Shown here one piece after another: positions 8,735-18,510 of a stretch of 64,000 nt of DNA. The first letter of the stretch is position 1, and each line of letters opens with the position of its first letter. Both the position numbers and the translations under genes were made by a program. Source of the stretch: Clostridiales bacterium (GTDB taxonomy: Bacteria; Bacillota; Clostridia; Oscillospirales; CAG-382). The DNA lies in assembly GCA_003343885.1 (NCBI GenBank), contig QAKH01000048.1, positions 72,779 to 136,778 of the forward strand. Direction: 5' to 3'. A model generated the notes under the pieces. That model saw only the letters and a list, made by a program, of their open reading frames with translations. It was not told the origin of the DNA and ran no database searches.

Positions 8735-9853
8735 ATGGGTTTTTTAGACAAAATCAGCTTTCTTTATAGTGGGCTGCAAGCGCTTGTTGACTGGCGTTAC
8801 GTTGTTATGTGGATAATCGGAGGAATTCTTATCTTCCTCGCCATAAAAAAAGACATGGAACCGACGCTGCTTCTTCCGCTTGGTTTCGGAACAATACTTG
8901 TAAACATTCCTTTTTCAGGAGCAATCGGAACGGAAGGACCTCTTACGACGCTCTTTAACGCAGGTATTGCAAACGAACTTTTCCCGCTTATACTTTTTAT
9001 CGGTATCGGAGCAATGATTGACTTTACTCCCCTTTTGGCAAATCCGAAGCTTATGATATTCGGTGCGGCGGCTCAGTTCGGAATTTTCTTCACTTTCTGT
9101 CTTGCCTCAATATTTTTCGATATCAAAGACGCTGCGTCTATCGGTATTATCGGTGCGGCTGACGGTCCGACAGCGATAGTTGTTGCGCAGACGCTCAATT
9201 CTAAATTTACCGGTGCTATAATGGTTGCGGCATATTCTTACATGGCGCTTGTGCCTATAATACAGCCTCCCGTTATAAAGCTTCTTACCACAAAAAAAGA
9301 AAGACTTATACGCATGCCCTACGCAAATCACGAAGTTTCAAGACTCACAAAAATTCTCTTCCCGATTATTATTACAATAATTGCCGGTCTTGTCGCTCCG
9401 TCTTCCGTTTCACTTATCGGCTTTTTGATGTTCGGTAACTTAATTCGTGAGTGCGGAGTCCTTGATTCCCTTTCAGAAACGGCTCAAAAGGTGCTCGCAA
9501 ATCTTGTTACCATTTTCCTGGGAATTACTATTGCTTGTCAGATGCAGGCTGACAAATTCCTGAAACCGGAAACTCTTCTTATTCTTGCGCTTGGTTTGTT
9601 CGCGTTCATCTTTGATACAGCCGGAGGAGTTCTGGTTGCCAAGTTCTTAAACTTATTCCTTAAAAAGAAGATAAATCCTATGATTGGTGCTGCCGGTATT
9701 TCCGCTTTCCCTATGTCCGGAAGAGTTGTTCATAAAATGGGACTTGCCGAGGATAAGGGCAACTTCTTGCTCATGCATTCAATCGGAGTCAATGTTTCCG
9801 GACAGATTGCGTCTGTTATTGCGGGCGGTTTGATTCTCAACTTCTTTATGTAA
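8735..9853 (+). CDS. sodium ion-translocating decarboxylase, beta subunit (OadB/GcdB/MmdB family)
   Basis: 372 aa polytopic membrane protein with the family-typical N-terminus and GAADGPTAI, GISAFPMS and other conserved blocks. Confidence 0.85.
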   Translation: MGFLDKISFLYSGLQALVDWRYVVMWIIGGILIFLAIKKDMEPTLLLPLGFGTILVNIPFSGAIGTEGPLTTLFNAGIANELFPLILFIGIGAMIDFTPLLANPKLMIFGAAAQFGIFFTFCLASIFFDIKDAASIGIIGAADGPTAIVVAQTLNSKFTGAIMVAAYSYMALVPIIQPPVIKLLTTKKERLIRMPYANHEVSRLTKILFPIIITIIAGLVAPSSVSLIGFLMFGNLIRECGVLDSLSETAQKVLANLVTIFLGITIACQMQADKFLKPETLLILALGLFAFIFDTAGGVLVAKFLNLFLKKKINPMIGAAGISAFPMSGRVVHKMGLAEDKGNFLLMHSIGVNVSGQIASVIAGGLILNFFM

Positions 9854-9871
9854 TATTTGGAGGAATATAAT

Positions 9872-10027
9872 ATGTTTATCAAATTTGACCCGATGGCTTT
9901 TGTTGACAATCTTGTCTACATGGGCGCCGGAATGTTCAGTATTTTTGTAGTAATCGGTATAATAATAGCGGTTGTCGCAATTCTCAACAAGGCTACCGAA
10001 AAGAAAGATGACAAGCAAAACGACTGA
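9872..10027 (+). CDS. OadG-like small subunit (decarboxylase gamma/delta type), 51 aa
   Basis: Not in the ORF track (<60 aa). ATG at 9872 lies 6 nt after GGAGG. Single TM with L.YMG.GM..IF pattern and a charged tail. Stop TGA at 10025-10027. Confidence 0.55.
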   Translation: MFIKFDPMAFVDNLVYMGAGMFSIFVVIGIIIAVVAILNKATEKKDDKQND

Positions 10028-10089
10028 CTGATTGAGCTAAGTTGTTACTATAAAAAATTATTACTATAAACTATTAAAGCGGTGAATGT

Positions 10090-10617
10090 ATGAATATTTG
10101 GCATGATATCTCGCCGGAGCGTATTAAGCCTGAAGACTTCATTTCAGTAATTGAAATTGAAAAGGGCAGCAAAAAGAAGTACGAACTTGACAAGGAAACA
10201 GGTTTTATAATACTTGACAGAATTCTGTACACTTCAACGCACTATCCGGCAAACTACGGCTTTATTCCCCGTACCCTTGCCGATGACGGAGATCCTCTTG
10301 ACGTGCTTGTTTTAAGCAACGAGTCAATCGATCCGTTAGTGCTTGTAAGATGCTATCCGATAGGCGTAATCACTATGCTTGACAACGGCAAAAATGATGA
10401 AAAAATAATTGCTATCCCTTACGAAGATCCGACATATAACACTTACTTTGATATAGCAGATCTCCCTGCGCACATTTTTGAGGAAATGCGTCATTTCTTT
10501 TCAGTTTACAAGCAGCTCGAAGGCAAAAGTACCGCTGTGGATGAGGTACAAGGTCACGAAAAAGCTCTTGAAATTATCCGAAAGAGTTTATCGACGTACT
10601 CAGAGCATTATAACTAA
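10090..10617 (+). CDS. ppa: inorganic pyrophosphatase, family I
   Basis: 175 aa. YPANYGFIP, DGDPLDVLVL and IIAIP motifs are present. Confidence 0.92.
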   Translation: MNIWHDISPERIKPEDFISVIEIEKGSKKKYELDKETGFIILDRILYTSTHYPANYGFIPRTLADDGDPLDVLVLSNESIDPLVLVRCYPIGVITMLDNGKNDEKIIAIPYEDPTYNTYFDIADLPAHIFEEMRHFFSVYKQLEGKSTAVDEVQGHEKALEIIRKSLSTYSEHYN

Positions 10618-10655
10618 TCCCATAGTTTATAAAAACTTTTGCAAAGCAATAAAAT

Positions 10656-10694
10656 ACCGGAGCAGTTCAAAGCGAACCGCTCCGGTTTAATTTT
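10656..10694 (+). terminator. intrinsic terminator after ppa
   Basis: ACCGGAGC / GCTCCGGT stem (10656-10663 / 10679-10686) followed by TTAATTTT. Confidence 0.6.
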
Positions 10695-10712
10695 ATATAT
10701 GCATCAGTATCA

Positions 10713-12935
10713 TTACTGAATAAGCTGCATGTCAAATTCGTTAACGCCGGGTTTAAGAGGAATATAATTGCACTCAAATCTGAACCTGGCATTTACGCCC
10801 TCGGGAATCTCGAATTTATAATATGTATTGGTTTCTCCGCACTTTACAGTAACTCCTATGCGTCCCGAAACAGTTTCGAGGTATCCGCTGTAACTGTTCA
10901 TGCCTCTTACTACTGCCGGATCAATAACTATATTCTTAAATCCGCAGCTTCCCTCTCTTTGGGTTATTCCGAGAATACCGTGGAACAGGTAACGTGTAAC
11001 AGCACCGAACATAGGATGGTTATGCGACATTGTTTTAGCAATATCTCCCCACATATATTCCCAAAGCGTTGTTGCTCCCAATTTTTTCATGTTACCAAAA
11101 GACAACGGCTTTTCCGAAGTAAGCAGGTCATACGCAAGCTGAGCGTTACCGTTTTTAAAGAAAAGTCCGGTAAGGATATCTGTCGCGAATATTCCTGTGT
11201 CATACTCTCTTGTTCTGTTATACTTTTCATACATATTCTTATATGTTCGCTCATCGCCGATACCAAGCTCAACGGCAAAGCAGTTGGCACCCTGATAGTC
11301 TCCGAAGAAATCGCCGGTTTGACTTGATAAATAAGCTGCTCTCATAGCTCGTTTGCTTATCTCTATTTTTTCTCTGTATGACGGAATCAAGTCATCCATT
11401 CCCACAAGACTTGCCATCTCGCACATCTCTTCAAGGCTTCTGATGTAATAGAAGGTGTTGACATAATTCTGAGGAATTATAAATTCGTCCTGTTTGGAAA
11501 ATCCCCAGTCACCGAGGTTCCAGCCGCCTTTTTCCTCGCTTACGATAAAGCCTGCAGAGCTGCGTGAATCAAGATAGCGCATAAAGGCAAGCATACGCGG
11601 AAAATGCTCACGTATAAGGCTGTCGTCGTCATAAATACGGTAATACGCATACGGCACATGTATCATGGCGCAGCCCCAGCCGCCAAGTCCTCCGCCTCCG
11701 CCCTGGAAAGGTGCGGTATGGTTGACATGCCCCGTTATCACACACTGACTGTCTACAATATCCTGCATCCATTTCTTATAAAATGTTCTGCCGTCAAGCA
11801 TAATCATAGCGGCATCTGCGCAGAGCTGACCGTCGCCGGTATATCCGAGGCGCTCTCTTGTCGGGCAGTCAGACGGCACTCCGCAGTGCATATTCTCAAG
11901 CTGGGTTCGCAAATAAGTTTCATACAGCCAGTTGAGTGTTTCGTTATCGCTTTCAAAATGACAAGTTTTGGCAAGGTCAGCGTGTACAACGCAAGCCTCA
12001 ACAGGTTTCGCGTTGTTTGTTAGAGTAAAATACCTGAAGCCGTGCCAGCAAAAATGCGGATGCATGAGGTGCTTTCCGTCTGAAATATAAATATCCCTTT
12101 GAGGTTTTCTGTCCCCGGCGCATGTCACAAGGTAAAGCTGTCCGTTCTCATCAAGCTCCTCGGCATGGTTTATTTCCACCGTTTCCCCGGCGTTTTTACA
12201 TTCAAGAACAACAAAGCCTGTCATATTCACGCCGCAGTCATAAACGGTATAACTGCCAAAATCTCTAACCGGCGTCGGAATGCGTCTTTCAACGATACGA
12301 TCCGGCGGAAAATTCTGAATGTCGTATTCGCACTCCGGAGCTTCCGCTTCGATAGTGTATTCCCAGGCGGAATCATCGTAATCGGCTTTAAAAAGGCTCT
12401 CGTCGTACAGACGCATATCGTGCTTTTCACCGAGGTAAATGCTGTTTTCAAGTATATAGCTTGATTTCCACTTGTTTGAAGTATCGGAAAGAATTTTGCG
12501 TTCACCGTCTTTATCGGTTAAATCTATCTTATAGCACAGCTTAACAGTACCGAAATAGTCGGCATGCTCGTCATGGTTTCCCGTTCTGCCATACCACCCG
12601 TTCCCGAGATGTACGACAAGCGAGTTCCTGCCGTTTACAAGATATTCCTTTATGTCATAGCTTACGGCGTATGTACGATATGAAAACTTGTCATGGATAT
12701 CGTACGAAAGACCTTTGTTTTCACGGTATTGGTAAAGTGAATTTGCCGGAACAAGCAAGTCATCGCTGACTTTTTTTCCGTTTATATACAGTTCAAAGAA
12801 GCCAAGACCGCAGATAACAATATTAGCGCTTGAACATTCGGAAACGTCAAATACTGTACGGATATACGGTGACTCGACTGAATGGTCAGCAGGAGAAATA
12901 AATTTTGATCCCTCAAATATTTGATCAAATCTCAT
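10713..12935 (-). CDS. alpha-L-rhamnosidase (GH78-like), no signal peptide
   Basis: 740 aa. N-terminal rhamnosidase beta-sandwich pattern (GLGFFELYINGKKVSDDLL) and (alpha/alpha)6 region with CPTRERLGYTGDGQ. Confidence 0.8.
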   Translation of the reverse strand: MRFDQIFEGSKFISPADHSVESPYIRTVFDVSECSSANIVICGLGFFELYINGKKVSDDLLVPANSLYQYRENKGLSYDIHDKFSYRTYAVSYDIKEYLVNGRNSLVVHLGNGWYGRTGNHDEHADYFGTVKLCYKIDLTDKDGERKILSDTSNKWKSSYILENSIYLGEKHDMRLYDESLFKADYDDSAWEYTIEAEAPECEYDIQNFPPDRIVERRIPTPVRDFGSYTVYDCGVNMTGFVVLECKNAGETVEINHAEELDENGQLYLVTCAGDRKPQRDIYISDGKHLMHPHFCWHGFRYFTLTNNAKPVEACVVHADLAKTCHFESDNETLNWLYETYLRTQLENMHCGVPSDCPTRERLGYTGDGQLCADAAMIMLDGRTFYKKWMQDIVDSQCVITGHVNHTAPFQGGGGGLGGWGCAMIHVPYAYYRIYDDDSLIREHFPRMLAFMRYLDSRSSAGFIVSEEKGGWNLGDWGFSKQDEFIIPQNYVNTFYYIRSLEEMCEMASLVGMDDLIPSYREKIEISKRAMRAAYLSSQTGDFFGDYQGANCFAVELGIGDERTYKNMYEKYNRTREYDTGIFATDILTGLFFKNGNAQLAYDLLTSEKPLSFGNMKKLGATTLWEYMWGDIAKTMSHNHPMFGAVTRYLFHGILGITQREGSCGFKNIVIDPAVVRGMNSYSGYLETVSGRIGVTVKCGETNTYYKFEIPEGVNARFRFECNYIPLKPGVNEFDMQLIQ

Positions 12936-13018
12936 AGTGATTTACACCCTTTCGGCACCGCTTAAATTTGCGGCGCTTTCATATATTGGAAAATTGTCAA
13001 GCTTTATAAAAGCTTCAC

Positions 13019-13050
13019 GGCAGACAGTCTCAGACAACAGACTGCCCGCC
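13019..13050 (-). terminator. intrinsic terminator after the GH2 gene
   Basis: On the minus-strand RNA this is a 12-bp stem (two G-U pairs) with an 8-nt loop, followed by a U-rich stretch. The same hairpin is poorer on the plus strand. Confidence 0.5.
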
Positions 13051-13066
13051 GTTAGTAAAATATGAA

Positions 13067-16000
13067 TTACTGAATGTGTCCCGGCTTTATTATAATACCG
13101 CAGCGGAAATTCTTTTCGGTAAAGCGGTATTTTTCAAAAGTACGCGGTCCGCAGGAATTTGAACCTATGCCGGTCATTCTCATGTCGGCATATACGTATG
13201 TCTCCTTGTGCGGTACAAGCTCGTAATCATGCGCGGCTTTAGCAATATCCAAAGCGCTGAAATGCTGAGCGTTAAACGAAAACTCTTCGCTGTCATACAT
13301 TTTCATTATCTGGAGTCCGTGACCTGTGAGGTTTCCGACAAAGGCATACCTTGTATCACAGTGGGAAGAATTTTCCTGAGGTCTGATATAATGTTCAAAG
13401 TTGTCGGTTGCGGTGGTACGGAAATATCCTACCTTTGACTGATATTTATGATCGCTGTACGCTTCATAAGGTCCGCAGCCGAAATACTCCACTCTTTCGT
13501 TATCTTCCGGCATTACTATCTCAAGACCGAAGCGAGGAAGCTCATCGTAATTTCCGTCCTTTTCAACCTCAAACTCGAAGCTTATTTCTCCGTCAGAGGA
13601 AACAGTGATATACTGCTTTATTTTCATAACCGGCGCCTTTGCGGGAACGCTTAATGCAACATCCGCAAACAAAGTGACATACTCATCGTCAGCCTTATAC
13701 ATGCCGCAGTCATACACCTTTTGCTCTATGTGGTCAAGTCCCCAAGGCAGCCATGTTCCGTTAGCCATAGGACGGTCGTTGTCCGTCGGAGCACGCCAGA
13801 GATTAAAGTTTACCGGACGGTCAATCATTTCCTTACCGTCATGGACAATACGGACAATTTTACCGGAATTCTTGTCAAATATTACGCAAAGCTCAGCGCA
13901 TACAATTTCAATAAAACCGCCGTCTTCTGTATATTCAACCTTTGAGGGAAGTGATACAGTTTCATCAGGCTCATCAAAGGTTACACTGCCGAGTTCAAAC
14001 TGACACGAGCCCATCTCGAAACCTGCCTGATAGCAAGCAGTATCGGTATTGTAAATGAAGCGTACATTGAGGAAATACTCGCCGTCCTTGTCAAAGTCCG
14101 ACATATCGCACAGCTTATATTTTGCCGTACGGCCTGGTTTTACCGAAACGCCGGGTATTCTGCCGGAACAGATTATCTCTCCGTTGCACTCAACATTCCA
14201 CGCAAGGTCAACATCGGAAAGGCTCTCAAAGAAACGCCAGCTTTTAACAGAAATTTCTATATTATCGCTGTCGAGAAGATTTACTTCGACCGGCATATAT
14301 GCGTTTTTAATCGCACGCATACCGTTGCTGAGAGTTCTGTCTGGGTAAACAAGACCATCCACGCAGAAATTGCCGTCGTGAGGATATTCACCGAAGTCAC
14401 CGCCGTAAGTATAGCGCTTTTTACCGTCGGGACCTGTTATCTCTACCGAGTGGTCGCAAAATTCCCATACATTTCCGCCCATAAACTCGTCATGCGAACG
14501 TATAAGCTCAATATACTCACGTATTCCTCCGGGGCCGTTACCCATCGCGTGGAGGTATTCGCAGAGGTAGAACGGTTTCTTTTTGTCTTCGTCCTTGCTT
14601 GTGATGTAACCAAGACAACCGGCAGGGTCGGTATACATTTCGCTTCGGACATCCACAAGATCAGCGTGACCGGCCACGCACCGTTCACTCTCATAGTGAA
14701 TGTAGGCTTCCGGCATACGCGAAAGAATGTATTCACGCATGGCGTGCTGGTTTCTGCCGCAGCCGGATTCGTTGCCAAGCGACCACATAATGACGCAGCC
14801 TCTGTTTTTATCACGTTCAAACAGCTTCTTTGCTCTGTTTACGTACGCCTTTTCCCAAAGTGAATCCGATGAGAGTCCCGACCAATTGTTTACAACGCAC
14901 ATACCGTGGGTTTCAAGGTCAGCTTCATCTATCATATAGAATCCGTAGATATCGCAAAGCTCCATCATACGAGGATCATTCGGATAATGGGAAGTCCTTA
15001 TTGAATTTATGTTATTCTGCTTAAAGATTTTAAGATCTCTTACAAAATGGTCATACGGTGCGGTGTGCCCGAGAACCGGATGTGAATCATGGCGGTTAAC
15101 GCCTCTGATCTTTACTTTTTTACCGTTTATATAGAATATTTTTCCAACGATTTTTACCTGCTTTACGGCAATATTCTGGTAAATAACCTCGCCGCCGCAG
15201 TAAAAAAGAAGCTTATAGAGCTTAGGCGACTCGTCGTTCCAAAGCACAGGGTTTTGTATTTCAATGACTGTTTTATCTTTTACATACTCGCCCTCTGCTA
15301 TTATATCGTTATTGGGAGCAAGCAGCGTATACTCAGCTTTTGCCTTTCCCACAAAATCAAGTTCAAGGCAAAGTTCTGCTTTACCAAGGTCATCCGACAC
15401 ACTCTGCTTTACATATATATCACGTATATGATTTTTATCTCTTGCCAAAAGATATACTTCCCTGAATATACCCGAAAACCTGAACATATCCTGATCCTCG
15501 AGATAGCTTTGTGCATTCCATTTAACAACCAGAACGGCAATAATGTTTCTGCCTGCCTTTACGGCGCCTGAAACATCAAATTCGCTTGTGCAGTGGCTGA
15601 CTGTTGAATATCCAACAAATTTACCGTTAATCCAGACATAGTGGCATGAGTCAACGCCCTCAAAATTGAGATACACACTCTTTTCTGCAAATCCGTCTGA
15701 AAGATAGAAATCCCTTGTATAAACGGCGCACGGATTTTTATCCGGAATATGAGGCGGATCGACCGGGAAAGGATAATTTGTGTTAGTATACTGAGGTACG
15801 TCGTAACCTTTCGACAGTACGGTCTGCCAGTTACGCGGGACGGTGATAGTTTCTGTGGACTCGAATTCATCTTCAAAATACTCGTCCGTTGTGAAATCCT
15901 CGTCAAGTTCGTTTACGTTTTCATAATATCTGAAGTTCCATTCGCCGCAAAGCGTCTTAAAGTAAGGCGAGCGATTGCGGTCAAGCTTTGACGCGCTGAC

Positions 16001-16093
16001 TGCGTCTGCATACGGGATAAAATATGAACGGGCAGGCTGTTCATTGACTGAAACAATATTAGGGTCCAGATAATATTTTTCAAAAATGCTCAT
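13067..16093 (-). CDS. beta-galactosidase (GH2, LacZ-like), cytoplasmic
   Basis: 1008 aa. WSLGNESG acid/base block, CEYLHAMGNGPGG nucleophile block, and a C-terminal small-chain domain. Confidence 0.88.
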   Translation of the reverse strand: MSIFEKYYLDPNIVSVNEQPARSYFIPYADAVSASKLDRNRSPYFKTLCGEWNFRYYENVNELDEDFTTDEYFEDEFESTETITVPRNWQTVLSKGYDVPQYTNTNYPFPVDPPHIPDKNPCAVYTRDFYLSDGFAEKSVYLNFEGVDSCHYVWINGKFVGYSTVSHCTSEFDVSGAVKAGRNIIAVLVVKWNAQSYLEDQDMFRFSGIFREVYLLARDKNHIRDIYVKQSVSDDLGKAELCLELDFVGKAKAEYTLLAPNNDIIAEGEYVKDKTVIEIQNPVLWNDESPKLYKLLFYCGGEVIYQNIAVKQVKIVGKIFYINGKKVKIRGVNRHDSHPVLGHTAPYDHFVRDLKIFKQNNINSIRTSHYPNDPRMMELCDIYGFYMIDEADLETHGMCVVNNWSGLSSDSLWEKAYVNRAKKLFERDKNRGCVIMWSLGNESGCGRNQHAMREYILSRMPEAYIHYESERCVAGHADLVDVRSEMYTDPAGCLGYITSKDEDKKKPFYLCEYLHAMGNGPGGIREYIELIRSHDEFMGGNVWEFCDHSVEITGPDGKKRYTYGGDFGEYPHDGNFCVDGLVYPDRTLSNGMRAIKNAYMPVEVNLLDSDNIEISVKSWRFFESLSDVDLAWNVECNGEIICSGRIPGVSVKPGRTAKYKLCDMSDFDKDGEYFLNVRFIYNTDTACYQAGFEMGSCQFELGSVTFDEPDETVSLPSKVEYTEDGGFIEIVCAELCVIFDKNSGKIVRIVHDGKEMIDRPVNFNLWRAPTDNDRPMANGTWLPWGLDHIEQKVYDCGMYKADDEYVTLFADVALSVPAKAPVMKIKQYITVSSDGEISFEFEVEKDGNYDELPRFGLEIVMPEDNERVEYFGCGPYEAYSDHKYQSKVGYFRTTATDNFEHYIRPQENSSHCDTRYAFVGNLTGHGLQIMKMYDSEEFSFNAQHFSALDIAKAAHDYELVPHKETYVYADMRMTGIGSNSCGPRTFEKYRFTEKNFRCGIIIKPGHIQ

Positions 16094-16144
16094 AATGTTT
16101 CTCCTTTATTCCTTTATATGAGAGTAGTTATTAAAACCGTTTTA

Positions 16145-16173
16145 ATTGTAACAGTTTGACAAGGTTAAGTCAA
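16145..16173 (-). promoter_or_regulatory. sigma-A type promoter of the GH2 gene
   Basis: Minus strand: TTGACT (16173-16168), 17-nt spacer, TACAAT (16150-16145). Confidence 0.6.
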
Positions 16174-16184
16174 TACAGTTTTGA

Positions 16185-17129
16185 TTATTTGAGCAAATTT
16201 TCAGCAAGAATGAGAAGTGCCGGCATAGTTATAAGACAAAACAGCGTTGATACCCCGACAAGCTTCGCCGCAAGCGTAGAATCGGAATCATATACTTCCG
16301 CAAGCACGGCGGTATTTGCGGCTGCGGGAGATGCACACATTGTCACGCAAACAATCGACAGCGTAAAATCAAAGCTGCTTCCTGCAAGCAAACATATACC
16401 TAACATTGCAAGCGGAACGAGTACAAGTTTAATAAAAGAAAACAAGAGTATTTTCACGTTTTTGAACATATCCGCAAATTTAATCTCTGACATCAAACTT
16501 CCTATGATTATCATAGAAAGAGGAAATGTCATTCCGCCGACCATATCAATTCCTTCGGTTATAACAAGCGGAAACCTGACTCCCGAAACAAAAAGAAGGG
16601 CTCCAAGGACAGTACTTAGAATTCCGGGATTTAAAAAAATCTTTTTGTAGTCTGTTTTTTGTTTTTCCCCGGTGTTCATCAGAGCTACACCATGCGTCCA
16701 GGTAAAAAGGTTGAACGGTATTGTATACACTACGCCGTAAAGCAGTCCATAGTCGGGAAAAATCGCCTGCATTATAGGATACCCCATATATCCGCAGTTC
16801 ATGTACATAAGAGCGAAGGAATAAACCGAGCGCTGTTTGGCGTCCTTTACATGTATAAAAGCAAGTCTGCTTACAAAAATCATGGCGGCATGTATAATCA
16901 TGGACATTATGAACACTTTACCTGCCAGCACGATTACCGAGCTTTCAGGTGCTGCCTGAAGTGATGCGACAATAAGGCACGGATTTGTTATGTATGCAAG
17001 CAGCCCTGACAAAGCCTTTGTCGATCTGCCGTCAAGTATTTTGCTTTTTCCGGCGATATACCCGAAAATCATTGCGATAAAGAGTACCGTAATTTTTTCG
17101 CACACCTTTATTCCGTAAACGCCCAACAT
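16185..17129 (-). CDS. AEC (auxin efflux carrier) family transporter
   Basis: 314 aa, ~10 TM, with the family-typical N-terminus and two-lobe layout. Confidence 0.75.
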   Translation of the reverse strand: MLGVYGIKVCEKITVLFIAMIFGYIAGKSKILDGRSTKALSGLLAYITNPCLIVASLQAAPESSVIVLAGKVFIMSMIIHAAMIFVSRLAFIHVKDAKQRSVYSFALMYMNCGYMGYPIMQAIFPDYGLLYGVVYTIPFNLFTWTHGVALMNTGEKQKTDYKKIFLNPGILSTVLGALLFVSGVRFPLVITEGIDMVGGMTFPLSMIIIGSLMSEIKFADMFKNVKILLFSFIKLVLVPLAMLGICLLAGSSFDFTLSIVCVTMCASPAAANTAVLAEVYDSDSTLAAKLVGVSTLFCLITMPALLILAENLLK

Positions 17130-17215
17130 ACTTCAAATCCTTTCGTTGTCTCAAACTGCCTAACTTATACAGCTGCTCTTAATCAGTTTTACACCTTAAT
17201 CCTTTTTTGTATCCG

Positions 17216-17929
17216 CTATCCTATCAAACTCATAAGGTAATTTATCGGGGCAAGCAGAACCGGAGCAAAAATTAAAGCCGGAAGCATATTTGCAACCTTT
17301 ATCTTTGTGAGTCCTATCAAATTCAAACCTAACGCGATAATCATAACCGAGCCGACGCAGAGCAGTTCAGCTTGCGCAGGTTCTGAAAGCATCGGGGCTA
17401 TTAGACCGGCAAGCACTACCAGCGCTCCTTGAAAAACAAATACGAATACGGAGGCAAAAACAACCCCGATACCGAGAGAAGAAGCAAGTATGAACGATGA
17501 AATCAAGTCAAGAACGGATTTTGTAAAAAGCAAGGTATTATCTCCTCTGATTCCGGCATCAAGCGAACCCACTATTGTCATTGAGCCGACGCAAAACAAC
17601 AGACTTGCAGTCATAAACGCCTGGGCAATATTCATTTTTTCATTGTTTTTACTGTTTTTCGAAAATCTTTTTTCTATGTATCTGCCAAGTTTGTTTATGC
17701 CGCCATCAATGTTTAGAGCTGTACCAAGCGCAGTTCCGATTACAAGCGACAATATAAGCACCAAAGTATTTTCTCCGTTAAGAGAACCATCAATACCGAT
17801 ATAAATCGTACAAAGTCCGATTGCCGTCATAATCGCAGAGGTATACTTTTCATTTATAAAGCGTGCAAAAAGCAGTCCGCAGATACTTCCGACAAGTACT
17901 GTTACTGTATTAGCTATAACTCCTATCAC
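17216..17929 (-). CDS. DUF554 (YdfK/YqgA-like) membrane protein
   Basis: 237 aa with a GTG start. N-terminal IGVIANT..VLVGS..G pattern and polytopic topology. Confidence 0.7.
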   Translation of the reverse strand: MIGVIANTVTVLVGSICGLLFARFINEKYTSAIMTAIGLCTIYIGIDGSLNGENTLVLILSLVIGTALGTALNIDGGINKLGRYIEKRFSKNSKNNEKMNIAQAFMTASLLFCVGSMTIVGSLDAGIRGDNTLLFTKSVLDLISSFILASSLGIGVVFASVFVFVFQGALVVLAGLIAPMLSEPAQAELLCVGSVMIIALGLNLIGLTKIKVANMLPALIFAPVLLAPINYLMSLIG

Positions 17930-18008
17930 GCATATCCTTCTTTCTGATACATAGTAGATACATACTGTTAATGTTACAAAATCTATATGCTGCGTAAAAA
18001 ACTGAGTA

Positions 18009-18037
18009 TTGACCTTAAGGTAAAAATATTATATACT
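18009..18037 (+). promoter_or_regulatory. sigma-A type promoter of dut
   Basis: TTGACC (18009-18014), 17-nt spacer, TATACT (18032-18037). Confidence 0.55.
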
Positions 18038-18066
18038 GTTTTTAATAAGAATGGAGAGATAAATAA

Positions 18067-18510
18067 ATGACACAAATCGAAATAAAAATCAAAAAACTTG
18101 ACAAAGACGCCGTAATACCGACATACGGAACAATGTTTTCCGCCGGTGCGGACTTATACGCCCTTGCAAAAGAACCTGTCGTCATAAAACCCGGAGAAAC
18201 CGTACTGATACACACCGGACTCGCTTTTGAAATATGTGAGGGGTATGGTGGTTTTGTATTCGCACGCAGCGGACTTGCCACAAAAAAAGGTCTTGCCCCG
18301 GCGAACAATGTAGGAGTAATCGACAGCGACTACCGCGGGGAGCTGATGATACCTCTGCACAACTCCTCAGGGACAGATGCGACAATATCAAACGGTGAAA
18401 GGGTTGCTCAGATTGTTTTTCTCCCGTACGGGACTGCGCATTTTATCGAAACGGACGAGCTTGACGACACTGTCCGAGGCTGCGGCGGATTCGGCTCAAG
18501 CGGTGTATAG
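18067..18510 (+). CDS. dut: dUTP diphosphatase
   Basis: 147 aa. The five dUTPase motifs are visible (AGADLY, ARSGLA, GVIDSDYRGE, RVAQ, RGCGGFGSSG). Confidence 0.93.
   Translation: MTQIEIKIKKLDKDAVIPTYGTMFSAGADLYALAKEPVVIKPGETVLIHTGLAFEICEGYGGFVFARSGLATKKGLAPANNVGVIDSDYRGELMIPLHNSSGTDATISNGERVAQIVFLPYGTAHFIETDELDDTVRGCGGFGSSGV

Noticed and set aside
8808-8816. Perfect DnaA box TGTGGATAA.
   Set aside because: It is a single copy inside the decarboxylase beta-subunit coding region. About 0.5 occurrences of a given 9-mer are expected by chance in 64 kb on both strands, and there is no cluster.
10478-10690. 70-aa ORF overlapping the 3' end of ppa and its terminator.
   Set aside because: It is out of frame with ppa, has no RBS, and runs through the terminator hairpin.
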